DNA from: Lama glama
Taxonomy: Eukaryota
NCBI GenBank assembly: GCA_028534125.1
Contig: CM052824.1
Coordinates: forward strand, 7,378,001-7,442,000
Direction: 5' to 3'
DNA: 64,000 bases
Part shown: positions 13,266-25,739 of the stretch, in pieces
Layout: the number at the start of each line of letters is the position of its first letter
Position numbering within the stretch: the stretch's first letter is position 1
Made by a program: the position numbers and the translations under genes
The notes under the pieces: generated by a model
The model's database searches: none
What the model was told of the DNA's origin: nothing
The model's input: the letters and a program-made list of their open reading frames with translations, nothing else

Positions 13266-14119
13266 GTGGTCCACAATTACCAGGAACTCTCTAACCCACA
13301 TTCATCAGCGGCAGAAAAGAATCAAATACATTATTCCATTACCTGAAGTCTCCCAAATTGATGATTTTTTTCTTATCTCATAGATGAAATAGAATAGAGA
13401 TTAATTATTAGAAAAATGGGAGCTACCTTAGTGAAAGTGTTTGTTTTGTTTTGCTTTTAGTGTCTGGTGTTCCTGTTAGTGCCCTATTTAAAAAATAATT
13501 ATTATCCTCTCGTAACAAGGGGTTTTTTTTGAAGGAAAATGAACACTGCTTCCCTTTATGCAGAGAATTAATTAAGGGAATTCTAGGGCCAACCTGTCCA
13601 TTATGATGCCATTTGTTCAGAAAACAAAAGCTTAAGAGGATAAAGCATAAAAAGAGAAGTAAAAATTTTAAAAGTACAAAGGCTGAATTCAGTGAGAAAG
13701 GTCGCCACAGAAATGTTGTTTTACGCAGAACACTTAGAATGTTTGCCGACTGAGAGAAGAAAAGTTTTAACGGTAACAGAGAGAGGGAGAGAAGGCGAAA
13801 AATATACAAGGGTGAGTGTGAAGCAACATAATAACAATCATAAAATTCGAGAGCTTAGATAAGCAAGCATGCAAGAAGAAAGCAAAAAATTGTTTACAAT
13901 TGCTTAAGGGGAAAAAAGCAAAGAATCAGTAAAAATAGACATAATTTGGCATCTAGTCACTATAAATAGGGCTTGTAGTTCTGAAATCCCTGAAATGTAG
14001 GAAGCATATAGTACAGAAGAGGTTTTGATTTTTTTTTTTTAAATGGCCGTGGACCAAGAAAACAGATGTGTTTGTGAGGACTTGCAGGTTTTAGGGAACA
14101 GACACATGCTCTCTTCATA

Positions 14120-14300
14120 GGTGATATTACCCAGTCTCTTGGCTTTGAATGTAATCTATATGCTGATAATTGCCAATTTTTCACCTATAGAACGAACCTC
14201 TACCTTGAGCTTCATACTGAATTTTGATCTTAATATTGCCCAGTGTCCATTCCTGTGAGCCAGGTCTCCTTCCACCATTTTCCATCTCGTTTAAAATTTC
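14120..14300 (+). mobile_element. L2 fragment
   Basis: taggtgatattacccagtctcttggctttgaatgtaatctatatgctgataattgccaa (remnant of the GF.YHLYADD motif). Confidence 0.7.
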
Positions 14301-14539
14301 AGATGCTAAGGACAAGAGCAGAAAGGAAAAAGCCAAAGAACCTTAGTCAGTTTTCAAAAATGTTTATAATTTGGCCATCTATTGATTTGTTCAAAATCAA
14401 GTATCCCTTGCCTGCCATCATGGAAGCACATTCTTTTTTTTTTTTTTATAACTTAACTCTTTAATAATCTCGGTTGCTTGATTGGGGGATATACAACTAA
14501 AATTTTCCTTTATGATAACTGACCTTATCAATCTAAGGG

Positions 14540-14750
14540 AAGGGGTTATTTCATATTGCAGATTGTTTATCAGATATTTACATGCATTATTTAGTTTTAT
14601 TTTCACATTTATTTCACATTCACAATAATTGTCCTCATTTTGCAAATGATTCACCTTGAAGCTTAGAGATGTTAACTGGCTCAAAGCCACAGAGCTTGCA
14701 TGTGATAAAGCTAAGATAGTCTCAAGGAATTGTTTCCAAATCTACTGTAA
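14540..14750 (-). mobile_element. MIR SINE
   Basis: gtcctcattttgcaaatga...gaagcttagagatgttaactggctcaaagccacagagct. Confidence 0.7.
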
Positions 14751-15329
14751 AATATACCTTACTATCTAAGGAGAATAAAAAAGCATAATTTACAGGAAAA
14801 AATCCAGCAAACAAAAAATAATTAAGAAGATACTTACGTATGTGGACCCATCACTCAGGTTGATAATTCTATTTTTATTAGCAGTTCATAACAATTCTGT
14901 ATCCGTAAAGAATATATTGTTTAATTCTGAATGTTTTTGAAATATATATTTATAGTATCATGCTGTGTATTCTTCTATGACTTGTTTCTCTACCTCAGTA
15001 TCACATTTTTGAGATTCATAAACATTTACTCCTACGGTTATTGAATCATTAATTTTGACTGCTGTATACTATTCTGTTTATGACACTTAACAATATATCC
15101 ATTTTGCCATTGATGGCAATTTGTATCTTCTCACTTTGGGGGTAATTAAAAGCAATTTTGCTATAAACATTCTGCACATGTCTCCCTGTGAACATATGGA
15201 AGAGTTTCTCAGGGTATACACCTAGGAGTTAAATGGTTAGATCTTAAAGTATGTGCGTGTTGAACTCCTCTAGGTAATGCCAAATTGGTTTAATTGTTCT
15301 AATTAACATTCCCGTCAATGGTATATATT

Positions 15330-16166
15330 TATGGTAGGTTTATGATATCACTTATATGTGAAATCTAAAAAAAAAATGACGTAAATGAACTTATTTACAA
15401 AAACAGAAATTGACTCACAGACATAGAAGACAAACTTATGGTTATGGCTAGGTGGAAAGGAGTGGTGAGGGATAAATTGAAAGTTTAAGATTTGCAAATA
15501 CTAACTACTATATATAAAATAAACAACAAGGTCCTACTGTATAGCACAGGGAACTATATTCAATATTTTGTAGCAGCCTAAAATGAAAAAAAGGAAAAGG
15601 AATATATATATATATGTATGTATATCTGAATCACTCTGCTGTACACCAGAAACTAGCACAACATTGCAAATCAACTAGTTCAATTAAAAAAAAAATTATA
15701 ATGGCCTCCCAAAGATAACCATGTCCTAATTACTGGAACCTGTCAACAAATTACCTTACATGACAAAAAGAGCTTGCAAACGTAAGTAAATTAAGAACCT
15801 TGAGATTGGAAGATTAGTCTGGGCTAACTAGGTGGACTCAATAAACAAAGGTTCTTAACATTAGAAGAGGGAGGCAAAAGAGTCAGTCAGAGTGATTCAA
15901 CATGATGAGGATTCTGCTGGTTTTGAAGATGGATGAGAGGTCAAGGAATTCATTAAGCCAAGGAATTCAGCCTCTAGAAGCTGGAAGAAGCAAGGAAACA
16001 GATTCTGCCCTAGAACCTCCAGAAGAGAAGGCAGCCCTACCAGCACCTAGAGTCTAGGCCAATGGGAGCCAGTTTGGAGTTCTAACCCACAGAATTATAA
16101 AATAATAAAGTTATGTCACTTTAAGTTTGTGATAATTTGTTATAGCCACAATAGAAAACTAATAGA
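15330..16166 (+). mobile_element. MLT1D-like MaLR solo LTR, interrupted near its 5' end by a young L1
   Basis: tatggtagg...ataatggcctcccaaagat...cctctagaagctggaagaagcaaggaaacagattctgccctagaacctccagaa...aatagaaaactaataga. Confidence 0.85.
15341..15695 (+). mobile_element. Artiodactyl-type L1 3' end with poly(A)
   Basis: tatgatatcacttatatgtg...aacaaggtcctactgtatagcacagggaactatattcaata...gctgtacaccagaaact...A10. Confidence 0.9.
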
Positions 16167-16290
16167 ACGAGCAAGCATTTCTAGTGTAGTTTATCCTCAC
16201 CAATACTTTGATTTGTCCATCTTGACCAGTTTACTGGGCATAAAATGATATTGCATTGTAGTTTGATTCTGCATTTATATGGATAGAAGT

Positions 16291-16370
16291 AGACAGAGAC
16301 AGAGATGTAGACAGAGACAGAGACAGATATAAAGACAGAGACAGAGATGAAGTCAGAGACAGAGATAGAG
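16291..16370. repeat. Imperfect (AGACAG)n hexamer repeat
   Basis: agacagagacagagatgtagacagagacagagacagat... seen directly. Confidence 0.9.
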
Positions 16371-16429
16371 GTTGGGTGAATTCCTTGACTCATGGCCCCA
16401 TCCTTCATCTTCAAAACCATTGACATAGA

Positions 16430-16615
16430 TTCTCCTTCTCACTTACTACAATCTACCATGTTTTATATTTTAATTTTGTTGTTTATTTTTTTCTCTTTTC
16501 CACTTGAATGTAAGCTTTATAAATGCAAGAATTTTCAATTATTTTGTCCACTGCTGAATGGCCGATACATAGTAGATGCTCGATAACAATTTACTAAATA
16601 AATCAATGAACAAAG
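16430..16615 (+). mobile_element. L2 3' end (preceded by a short antisense MLT1 fragment at about 16375-16420)
   Basis: cacttgaatgtaagcttt...catagtagatgctcgataacaatttactaaataaatcaatgaa. Confidence 0.75.
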
Positions 16616-16984
16616 CACAGGTTCCACACGTGCTTCTTAAGTTCTGACTGCAAGTTGCATAGTTTCTGTGATGCAGAGGGTAAACTTGAGTTCCTCTAGA
16701 GGGGATTTATATTTTCTCTTGCCAGGTAACTCCAGGCACTACCATTTTTAGATCACGTTAGCATAATTGCCCAGTTTCTTCAGATGTAGTCTTGATATTT
16801 CAGATATTGTAAATATAGATTGTATGAATCTATAAGGTCCTGCTTGTTTTTGTTTTTGTTTTTGTTTTTTACTGCTTTTCAGATACTTCTGATGCCCAAT
16901 ACCAAGATTTAAGTTGTTCACAGTTTGGGTGGGGTGGGCATGAGGGAGTATGTTCTTATTCACCAGTAGACTGACGAATTGGCA

Positions 16985-17185
16985 TAGTTCTAGAGTAGCA
17001 AATCTGAGCTTCAGAGTCAAGATCTTCGGTGGGCAATTAACGTAAATCTTCTAAACAATGGTCTCCTCATCTAGTAAATGGATTCAATAGTATTGTCAAG
17101 ATTTTGAGGTGAGAATTAAACAGAAAAATATGCATAAAGCACCTGGCAGCAACACACATATAGCTGCCCTCCAAATATTAATTTT
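16985..17185 (+). mobile_element. MIR SINE
   Basis: gtctcctcatctagtaaatgga...gtgagaattaaa...gcataaagcacctggca. Confidence 0.7.
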
Positions 17186-18594
17186 TCTCCATTTTATCCT
17201 CTTGATTCCAAGGCCATCTTGAAAAAAGATCGAAATTTCTGGAATGCAATGCACATCTTTATTTCTGGATGTATTTTTTAATATTAAGAACAGTTACATT
17301 TTAAGGATTCTAGCAAATATTTTCTCCAGTAAAATGCAATACATTTTTTTCACTAAGTGAAAGCTTTGAAAGATAACTTCAGTCTTTTGAATATCAAAAC
17401 TTCAGAGTTTTAAGAAATCAGTATAAATGAATCAGAAGAGAACATATTACATTTTCTTTGAAATACACCAAATGTTTAAAGCTAACATTAAATATTGAAG
17501 ACGAAGGAAATTTCCAAAATACATGCTAAAGTCCAACCTGACACCAAAAAAAAAAAAAAAAAAAAAGAAGGAGAAATTTAGCACATAGCCACCCTTTGAA
17601 ACATTCTGCCAGTGGAATCAGTATATCCATTCTTCAAAGGGAAGAATAATCTGAGACCTGTACTGATTTCCAGCCTTTTGTATCAGTGAGAAGCACCACA
17701 TTAACTTCCCATTCTAATAATGGGTAAGCTTTAGTCGTCTTTCTGGCTCTGAAAGGAACAAATCTATACTTTTCTCACAGAATGACTTCTGAGTCATAGA
17801 GAGAGAAAGGGAAAAAAAAAAGATGGCATTAGCCATATCACACACTCTAGGGAATTTTCATATTGCTAGGAGTCTTAGATTTCTCCTGAATGAAAGCACC
17901 CAGAGAGCGTGACATGCTATTTCTTCGAAGAAGCTTACCTTTTGGCTTCAAATGACGTGACTGAGAAATTATCTTTAATTCCTCATAAGCGGATATGTAT
18001 CCTGACTTGAATGTATATAAAATTTAATATTTTCCTAAAACATACATTTTATCTGTAATTTGCTTGGAATATCACACTTTTCATTGCAAAAGCCCCTTGA
18101 CATGCCCTGAGTCAGTTGTCAGATTAAATGTATATGTAATCAATAATACAATTCTAAGTTTTTCAAGCCATATTTGCATTTTTATAACTAAGAAAAAAGT
18201 ACTGGTAGTAGAAAAAGGCTCTTCTTGGTTCTCAGAGAAGCTAGGAGTCCTTTGCTCTCAGATACTTATAAAATCTCAATTATTCTTGCAAATAGAAGAG
18301 GTAAATTAATGCATAATTAAAAAGCACGAACAATAACAAATTGTATTATATTTGGCTTTAAGTTACACAATTTGTGGGGCAGGGACTCTACCTTTCTGAC
18401 ATGTAAGCTGCAACCAAAATGATGAGTAGGACTTGGGCAGGTTAAAGTGGTGGCACATGGTACGACTGGAAATGAAGTTGTTCAATAAATCTCGTGTAAT
18501 GCACAACAGCAAAGCTTTCTGTTATGTTGATAGCTAAATGAAATGCATTTTATTAATGCTTCCATGAAAAATTAGAACTATAAGCTAGCTGACT

Positions 18595-18790
18595 TTTTCA
18601 GTGGTATATAAATAACCCTGAATTAAGATTTAGAAAATGTTGATTTTGGTCCTGGCTCTCTCATTAACTTGTAAGCTTTATGTTTTCATGCAACTAGTGT
18701 TACCCTTTCTAGACCTCCTGTATTTCACATGTAAAATGATGAAGTTGCATTAAGCCATCTTTAGGGTGCTTTCAGATTTTAAAATCAGTA
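18595..18790 (+). mobile_element. MIR/MIR3 SINE
   Basis: gtcctggctctctcattaact...tttcacatgtaaaatga. Confidence 0.6.
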
Positions 18791-19649
18791 TATCTGTAAT
18801 TTTAACACTGAAACTGACTCTGTCAGGGAGGGAAAATGGGCCAGAGCACTGTTTCTTGACTATGTTTCCACTAGACATACAGTAAACGCTAAGATATTTC
18901 CATGGCTATTGCCCACTCTCTTTCTCTCCTTCTATTCTTTCTTGTACCTACCCTTGCAACTTGCACTATTCTTTCTTGAACGACTCCATTAAAGCTGCAT
19001 ATTCTAGGTCATCGATGACTTCCATGTTAACAACCCAATGGCCAGTTGTTTGTCCTTATCTTTCTGCACTTTTCAGCATCATTTGACACTTGAATTACCA
19101 ACTTTTTCTTGAAACACTTTCTTCTTCTGGTTCCTAGAAGATCACTCTGTCTTAAATCTCTTCTTGCCTCAGTACACTTTTACTTGACCCTCTTTTTCTT
19201 GACCTCTAATAGTTGGCACCCTTCAAGCAACAGTCCTCAGATTTCATCACTTCTTCATCTACACTCACTGGATAAGACAGATGATCTTACCCAGTTCTGT
19301 GGCTTTAGATACATAGTAGCAACTTACAAGACATGGCTAGTCAGGAACTATCCCTTTAACTACAATCTCAATAGCCAACTGCCTGCCTGATGTTTTTACT
19401 TGGCTATTGACTAGATATTTCAGACTTAACCTGTCCAAAACTGGTATCTTGTCTCCCACCTGCTTCCATATTTTCTTTCCTTCTAATCTTCCCACCTAAG
19501 TAAAGGACAATCACATCTTCCCAGTGTTTTGACCAAAATTTTAAAACCATTTCTAACTCATCTCTTAAGCAGAACCTCTATCCTATAACTAGAAAAATCT
19601 TATTTCTCTAATATTATATTATAGGTGCATATAGTTTTACTAATCCTAC

Positions 19650-19880
19650 TTGTTGATTCAATCCGCTCCACCCTTCCCACTTGAGGCAGCTGGGAGTAAA
19701 GAAAAGTGTGCAGAAGCTCTGCTCCCTTGCCTCAGGGAGGAGGGACCACCTGAAATCACAACCTTGCTTTCCCTACCCTGCTTCCTAACTCCCTCTTAAG
19801 TTGCTGCTGCATGCGCTGCCTCAACAAATCATTGCTCAAGAATCCCTGTCTCCCTTCTACAGAATTTGACCCAAAATAAA
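19650..19880 (+). mobile_element. LTR16-family (ERVL) LTR fragment
   Basis: ctcccttgcctcagg...ccctaccctgcttcct...caacaaatcattgctcaagaatccctgtctc matches the LTR16 3' half. Confidence 0.6.
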
Positions 19881-19884
19881 CTTA

Positions 19885-21010
19885 CAGTTGTAGGTTATAA
19901 GAAAATGCAATTTTATAAAACAGTGTCTGTTTTTCAAAGAATTGTATTAATTTACATTCCCACGGTAATACACAAGTGAATCTTTGGATTCACATCTCTA
20001 TCACTTAGCATTGTCAATGTTCTTAGAAATTTTTCTAATAGAATAAACTAGCATCTCATTGTAATCTTGATATGTTTTTCCTTATCACTAATGAAGTTGA
20101 GAATTTCTTCATGCTTATTGGCCATGTGTTTTATAAAAGGCTGGTTCATGTCTTTTTCACCCATTGTTTAATTAGTTCTTGAACTTTTTAAATCAAATCA
20201 TAAGAGGTTTTTTTATACATAACTGGTATTAACAATCTTTTGTAATTCATAGTTACTATTAAGTATTTCTTAGTGTTAAATTGCCAGTTTTACTTTCTTT
20301 AGTATTTTTGACTTTGAAGAGGAAAAATAATTTAAACAGAGTAAAATGTAACATTTCTTTCACAGCTAGATATTTTTGGTCTGATTTCTCAAAATTTTGC
20401 CTACATCAATTTCTAAATTTTGGTATGTAGCATTTCTCTACTATTTATTTCTTGGTAGTTTTGAATTGCAATTAGAATATTTTCTTTAATTATAATTTAG
20501 TTACAAGTATATGAATATTTAATTTCTGATTATCAGGACTTTTCACATATTTCTGCTATGTACCTCTAAAAATCATTCTGTGATCAGGCACTATGATCTA
20601 TATATACCTATTCCATACCTATCCATCCTCAAAGGTTTTAAAGTGTGCTTTTTGGCCATTTCATGTGATCAGCATTTATAAATATTCCATGTAAGTCTGA
20701 GAAAATTTTTCTATTTGTTGGATGCAGGATTTTTTTTTTTAATCTATCAGATAAATTTTGTTATACTGATTTTTCGGTCTGTTTTTTGTGTTTGAAATTA
20801 TTTTGTGTCGAAATTCCCTCTGGTTATGGTCATTTTTCTAATTTCTCCTAGAAATAGAAAAGAATAGAATAAAAGAATATATGCTTCATATATTCCAAGG
20901 CCATTTAATTAACTGCAGATATGCTTAGAATTTCCATATCTTCTTGGTGAAGTGAACATTATATTCTCATGTAGTGACCCTCCCTGACACTTACAATGCT
21001 CTGTGCCTAA
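19885..21010 (-). mobile_element. Old L1M fragments
   Basis: ttgtattaatttacattcccac...catctcattgtaatcttga...actaatgaagttgagaatttcttcatgcttattggccat. Confidence 0.8.
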
Positions 21011-24000
21011 AAATACCCACTCTTGTTCACTTACCACTAGCTGCTAGAGTGACCCTTTAAAACATAAGTGAGAGCATGTTACTAATTCACTGAAAATTGT
21101 AATATTAGTCCTTTGACCCAGAATAAAACTGAAGATGTTACTCCCCCTTATCCTAACTACAGCTCCCCCACCGAGCTCACCTCTTACCAGTCTCCCTCTG
21201 CTCAACCCATGCCAGTCACAGCAGTTTCTTTGCTCTTTTCTGACCAGGTCAAACAGGTGTTTAGTCTAGGTTTTCATTTCCTGCTGCTGGTGCCTGGGTG
21301 ACGACTCCCACACTGTGTGGCTTAATCGTTTGCTTCACTCATTTTCCCCTTATTGGAAAACGTATATCAAAATATCACTCCCTAACACGCACCCCTGTCC
21401 TCTGGCTTTTATTCTGTTTTTCGTGTTTCATCTCCCCTAGATCCCCTACAGCCTCCTGCTCTCTCCCTCAAATCTCTTTCACTTCTCATTCCATTTTGGC
21501 GTCTGCTTCCTAACCCAAATGTGCAACAAACAACGGCTCTCATTTGAGGCTGTTAGAATATAAAGCACCAGGATTTTAATCAGGATAGGTTTGAAAACTG
21601 CAGGTTATTCAATTATCCAATAAATGTTTGAGAACTACTGTGCACCCATATGGTTGTCTTACAAACAACCATGATGTATAATTTCAAGGTTAAATTAAAG
21701 CATATCTATTTCCTGTTCACATTCTAGTCTTCTTTGCAATTCGCAGAAAACCTTGCCTCCTGGTCTTCTATTGTCTGGGCCATGATTATAAATAACCAGA
21801 ATGTCACCTTATCTCTTGTGAAATGAAATAATCTACATTTGGTATAACTGGACTTCACGGACTGCTCAGGTTTGCCAGCTAGTAATAGGCCATAAAAAAA
21901 TAAAGAGAGTCAAGTACCTAACTGCCTAATTAAAGAGCAAAGCAATAACAAAATCAAAGCAGATTATATTTCTGGAATACATAGGTTCTCTATAATTGGA
22001 ATCTGAATAGAAACACAACTCATGTATCAAATTATTATTGGAGATTAGGAAAATGTTCATGTATAAAATAAAGTTTACCTTCCTTTTATACAATAGATGT
22101 GTCCTGGAAAGTTATATGCAGATTGAATTTGACTAATCAAATCATGTAACAATGCTTTTTATTAAGGGTAATTTTGAATCTCTTACCAAAGAATTGTCCA
22201 GACTTTTATACTGGCTTTGCTTAAATCAAGGTGAATTCCCAAGATGGAATATTTCAATATTCAAAACATGATAAATAATTGGACAGGAGATATCTGATAA
22301 TTAAATTCAAAGCTGTAGCCTGGAGTCTGGACTCCTACGCATTGAAGGAGAAAAGTCCCCGGTTCAATCTGATTTCACTAAATTTGTAAAATGATCATTT
22401 TAAACCAATACTTCATTTTTAAGGTCTCTTGGCTCCTTTTCAGGTTACCCTTTCCTTCTAAGTACTCCGGAAACCAAATGACAACAAATTTTATTCTACG
22501 ATACATATTAATATCTTCCTCTTTCTCAAGAATATTTTCATTGCAAATATATACTCAGGCATACACAAATCAAGATACTTTGTTACCGTCAGTACTGTTA
22601 GTGTGATGTTTTAACTTATAAAAATTCAAAATTTGAGTTCATCTGAAAGAAATCTCAAAAAAGAATAAAAGATGGTGGGAGATGACAGAGTTAGCCAGTT
22701 TTTATAGAGAAAACAATCTGCTAAGTGATAACTACAACTTCTAAATACCAAGATCTATTGTTAAGCAAAACCACCCCAAATGCTTCCATCACCAAAAGAA
22801 ACTAGCTCTTTCTATCAAAACTACCAAATACCATGGAATAACGTGTTCTCTATGGAACCCCTTCTTATTTTCATAACAGAAACTGAACATATTGCTATGA
22901 CAATGAGATGTATTCAGTCAATAAAAACATTTATATGCTGATTTCCTGAAAAGTTTTACACGTCGATGAATTAAAGATGAGGACAAATGTGTCCCTGGTC
23001 AGAACTTTTGGAACACCAAATGGCTGCCAACAGTATCCAGATAGTGGTTTTTGAAATTTCAGTTTTACAAAGGGTTTCCCAAATGGCCCTTTTTGATTTT
23101 GCAAGCAGATTGCTTCAAAGGGACATCTGTTTCTCTGGAGTTCACTTAAATATCCGTGAACATGATCTTGCTGGGTCACATATTAGATATATGCTGATTA
23201 TTCGGTTAGCTGCCACAGGACACTGTAGTTAAGGCGTTGCACTGGCTTTCCACTCAAAAGCAGAGCTAGTACAGAATGCAGAGCAGAACTACGTTTGACT
23301 TGCCAGTCACTGTTAGGCTTTTTAGCATGAAGCGTCATGTGCTGTGGGCTTTGAAGATACAGTGTTGGAATCTACATGCTTTCCGTTTTCAACCAAAAAA
23401 AAAAAACTGTAGAATTGTACAATATCACATTGCTCTTATCTAGGACTGAAGTTCAGAAGGTATTAAAAAGAAATGATAATTAACGCAAACTATTTAACTC
23501 AGCTCAGCAGTATTTCAGCTGCACAGCAGCGATCTGATGACAGAGACCTGAGTTCCACTTCATATATATTTCAGAAGTTGTTCCTCATAATGGAGACTTG
23601 ACTACTGAAATTATATTAAGCATCGTCTTGATTCTCCATTGAATATTTAATGTCTCAAATTTATTATGTATTTAATTTTGCACATTCTATTAGAGGAAAG
23701 CATCATCCGAAACCAACATTAGGAGCTTCACAGTAATATCACAGAGCAGCTGTCTAGTTGGTACATCCGCAACTAGCAGAAGGGTAGCCCTTCATCGCTT
23801 CTTGTTGGAACAGAGTATAGAAGTGGCTCTTATCTTCAGTTTGTTTAACAATAGAATGAATTTTCCTTTAAAAAAAATGGTTTTTGTAAATGGAGTGTTA
23901 AAACAAGCCAGTCTACTTGAAAACAGCCATTCAGAAAACATACTCAGACTTTGCTTAGTGATTTAAGGTAGAAGACGAAAGCCTATAGGACTTACTGGCA

Positions 24001-25095
24001 AACCAAAGTTATGATCCCTGTAGGGCGCTCAGAGGTAGGCAGCCGCCAGTTTACATAGGAACTCAAAGGAGCGCCCTCTTATCCCCGTCTATACCCTCTC
24101 ATTCCCCTTCCCTCCATCTCAGGTAACTCAGGAAACTCAACATCTTTACTTACTATTTTTCTCATTTTCCTCTGTTTCTTCTAAATGCCTACTAAGTAAT
24201 TCCTGCTTCCAGTCCATTTCTCTTGCTTTCTATGTACCCAAATCCTAGTCTCCTGGGCTATATAAAAATAAAGAAGATGTACTTAATTTTAAAGATTTTT
24301 TTTTTAATATTGAGAAGAGAAAAATATATTCACATATTAGTTTACATAATGATCTTCCCTTTTATTGCAAGTATCAGCACATGTATTCCTGAAATATATA
24401 TTTCAGGAGGGGCACAGAAGCCGATGGTTGTGGTATTGTGTAGTAAATGCTATGCTGGCGATTGGAAATGTTGGTATCTCCAGGGGAGCACAGAGAAGGG
24501 AGCAAGTAATTCTTCCTGGGGAATTTGCAAGTGACACCATCCTGAATGCAAGTATGTTTCCTTATCTGTGTGGCGTTTTTTAATCTGTAAAATACAAGAG
24601 TTAGAAAGTGAAAAACCCAAAGAGTACAAGTAATTTAAAAGGTTATTTTAATTTCGAAGTGGTATGAACAGTTTAATTCTGATGGACTTTTAGTAGGTCA
24701 TTCTTGCTCTTGGTCACACTGGACATGAAGATTTAATATAATGGAATGTGAATTAGGATTTTGAATGTGCTAATTTTTATAATTCAAGGGTCGTGTGGAG
24801 AGCATATGCCTACAGAATTAAGTTTAGCTGAGTTATGTTGAAGAAAACTTGTAGAATTGAGAGCTTCAGGCCAAAATGGTTGTGAATTATAATGCAATGT
24901 TTTTTTTTTCCAAAACTGGAAGAAACTTTATTCTCTAGTATATGATTCTGTGTTTCTCTATTCTTTCCAAAACACAGAGATATTCACAAGAATCTGTTGA
25001 AGGATTTTATAGCTTCCTGGAGTTAGTTTTCTTATTTCATCTTTAAGCATATATTCTGGTTCAAATTGACCCACTCTTTTGCATAATTTTCATTT

Positions 25096-25720
25096 TGTAC
25101 CAGTCATTTATTATGTACCTAGTAATCAGCCCCACATTTAGAAGCTTACAAAAATAACCAATTTTATTATATTTTTGGTGGTTCGGTGATTTGGTCAAGG
25201 CTCAGTTACATGATTCTTCTGCTCCAAGAAGCACTGAATGAGGTTACTTGGTGTTATTCAGCCAGCAGATGAACAGATCTTGAGTTTCCAAGAGAGTTTC
25301 ACTTACACACCTGGAGCCTTCGCAGGGATGACTGGGAGGCTAGGTTTGGCTGGGACTTTCCACCTGCATATTCTCAGAGGAGTCATACTTCTTATACAGC
25401 TCTAAGCCCTCCCCCCCAAAAAAAACTATTCCATGAGAATGGGTGAAACGTAAGTCTTACAATGTAGCCTTGGATGTCCCAGATTGTCGCTTCTGCCACA
25501 TTTTATTCGGGAATTAGTCATCACCTCTCAAAGGGAGGAGAAGCAAGGAAATGCAACTGTCTTTAGTCCATCATGGTCTGATGTGTGGCCACCAATTATT
25601 TACATTTTTCTCCTTTGAAAAAATACATTTAATACTCCTTTAAAGCCTCCAGAAGCATCATCTCATTACAACACAGTTTAAATTCAAATTCCAGGTTTTT
25701 GACATCTAAATCAGGTCCAG
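25096..25720 (-). mobile_element. MLT1 (H/I/J-type) LTR (about 25096-25574) plus 3' end of MLT1-int (about 25575-25720)
   Basis: atttggtcaaggctcag...ttcttctgctcca...tagccttggatgtcccag...cttctgccacattttatt; followed by int-type ggccaccaattatttacattt. Confidence 0.75.
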
Positions 25721-25739
25721 CTTAGAAAATATATTTCTA

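Larger units (their letters stand above)
14820..16285 (-). mobile_element. L1ME-type 3' end, split by an MLT1D LTR (pieces about 14820-15329 and 16167-16285)
   Basis: tttttgagattcat...gctataaacattc...gggtatacacctaggagtt...gtaatgccaaattg; resumes tatcctcaccaatactttg...cattgtagtttgattctgcattt. Confidence 0.8.
18880..21530 (+). mobile_element. L2 LINE, interrupted (pieces about 18880-19600 and 21010-21530)
   Basis: aggtcatcgatgacttccatgtt...tttcagcatcatttgacac (DLSAAFDT-like)...cagacttaacctgtccaaaact; resumes gctagagtgaccctttaaaacataagtgagagcatgttac. Confidence 0.8.

Noticed and set aside
16291-16370. Periodic repeat array considered as CRISPR-like or coding repeat
   Set aside because: Simple hexamer microsatellite with no spacers, in a mammalian context
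16712-16732. Second AG|GT motif (ttttctcttgccag|gtaact)
   Set aside because: Weaker donor, short pyrimidine tract, lies between repeat fragments; expected by chance in 64 kb
22310-22375. T-loop-like gtccccggttcaatc
   Set aside because: No acceptor stem, D arm or A box
24022-24077. 9-bp inverted repeat agggcgctc / gagcgccct
   Set aside because: Too short to call; no TSD; could be chance or a decayed MITE
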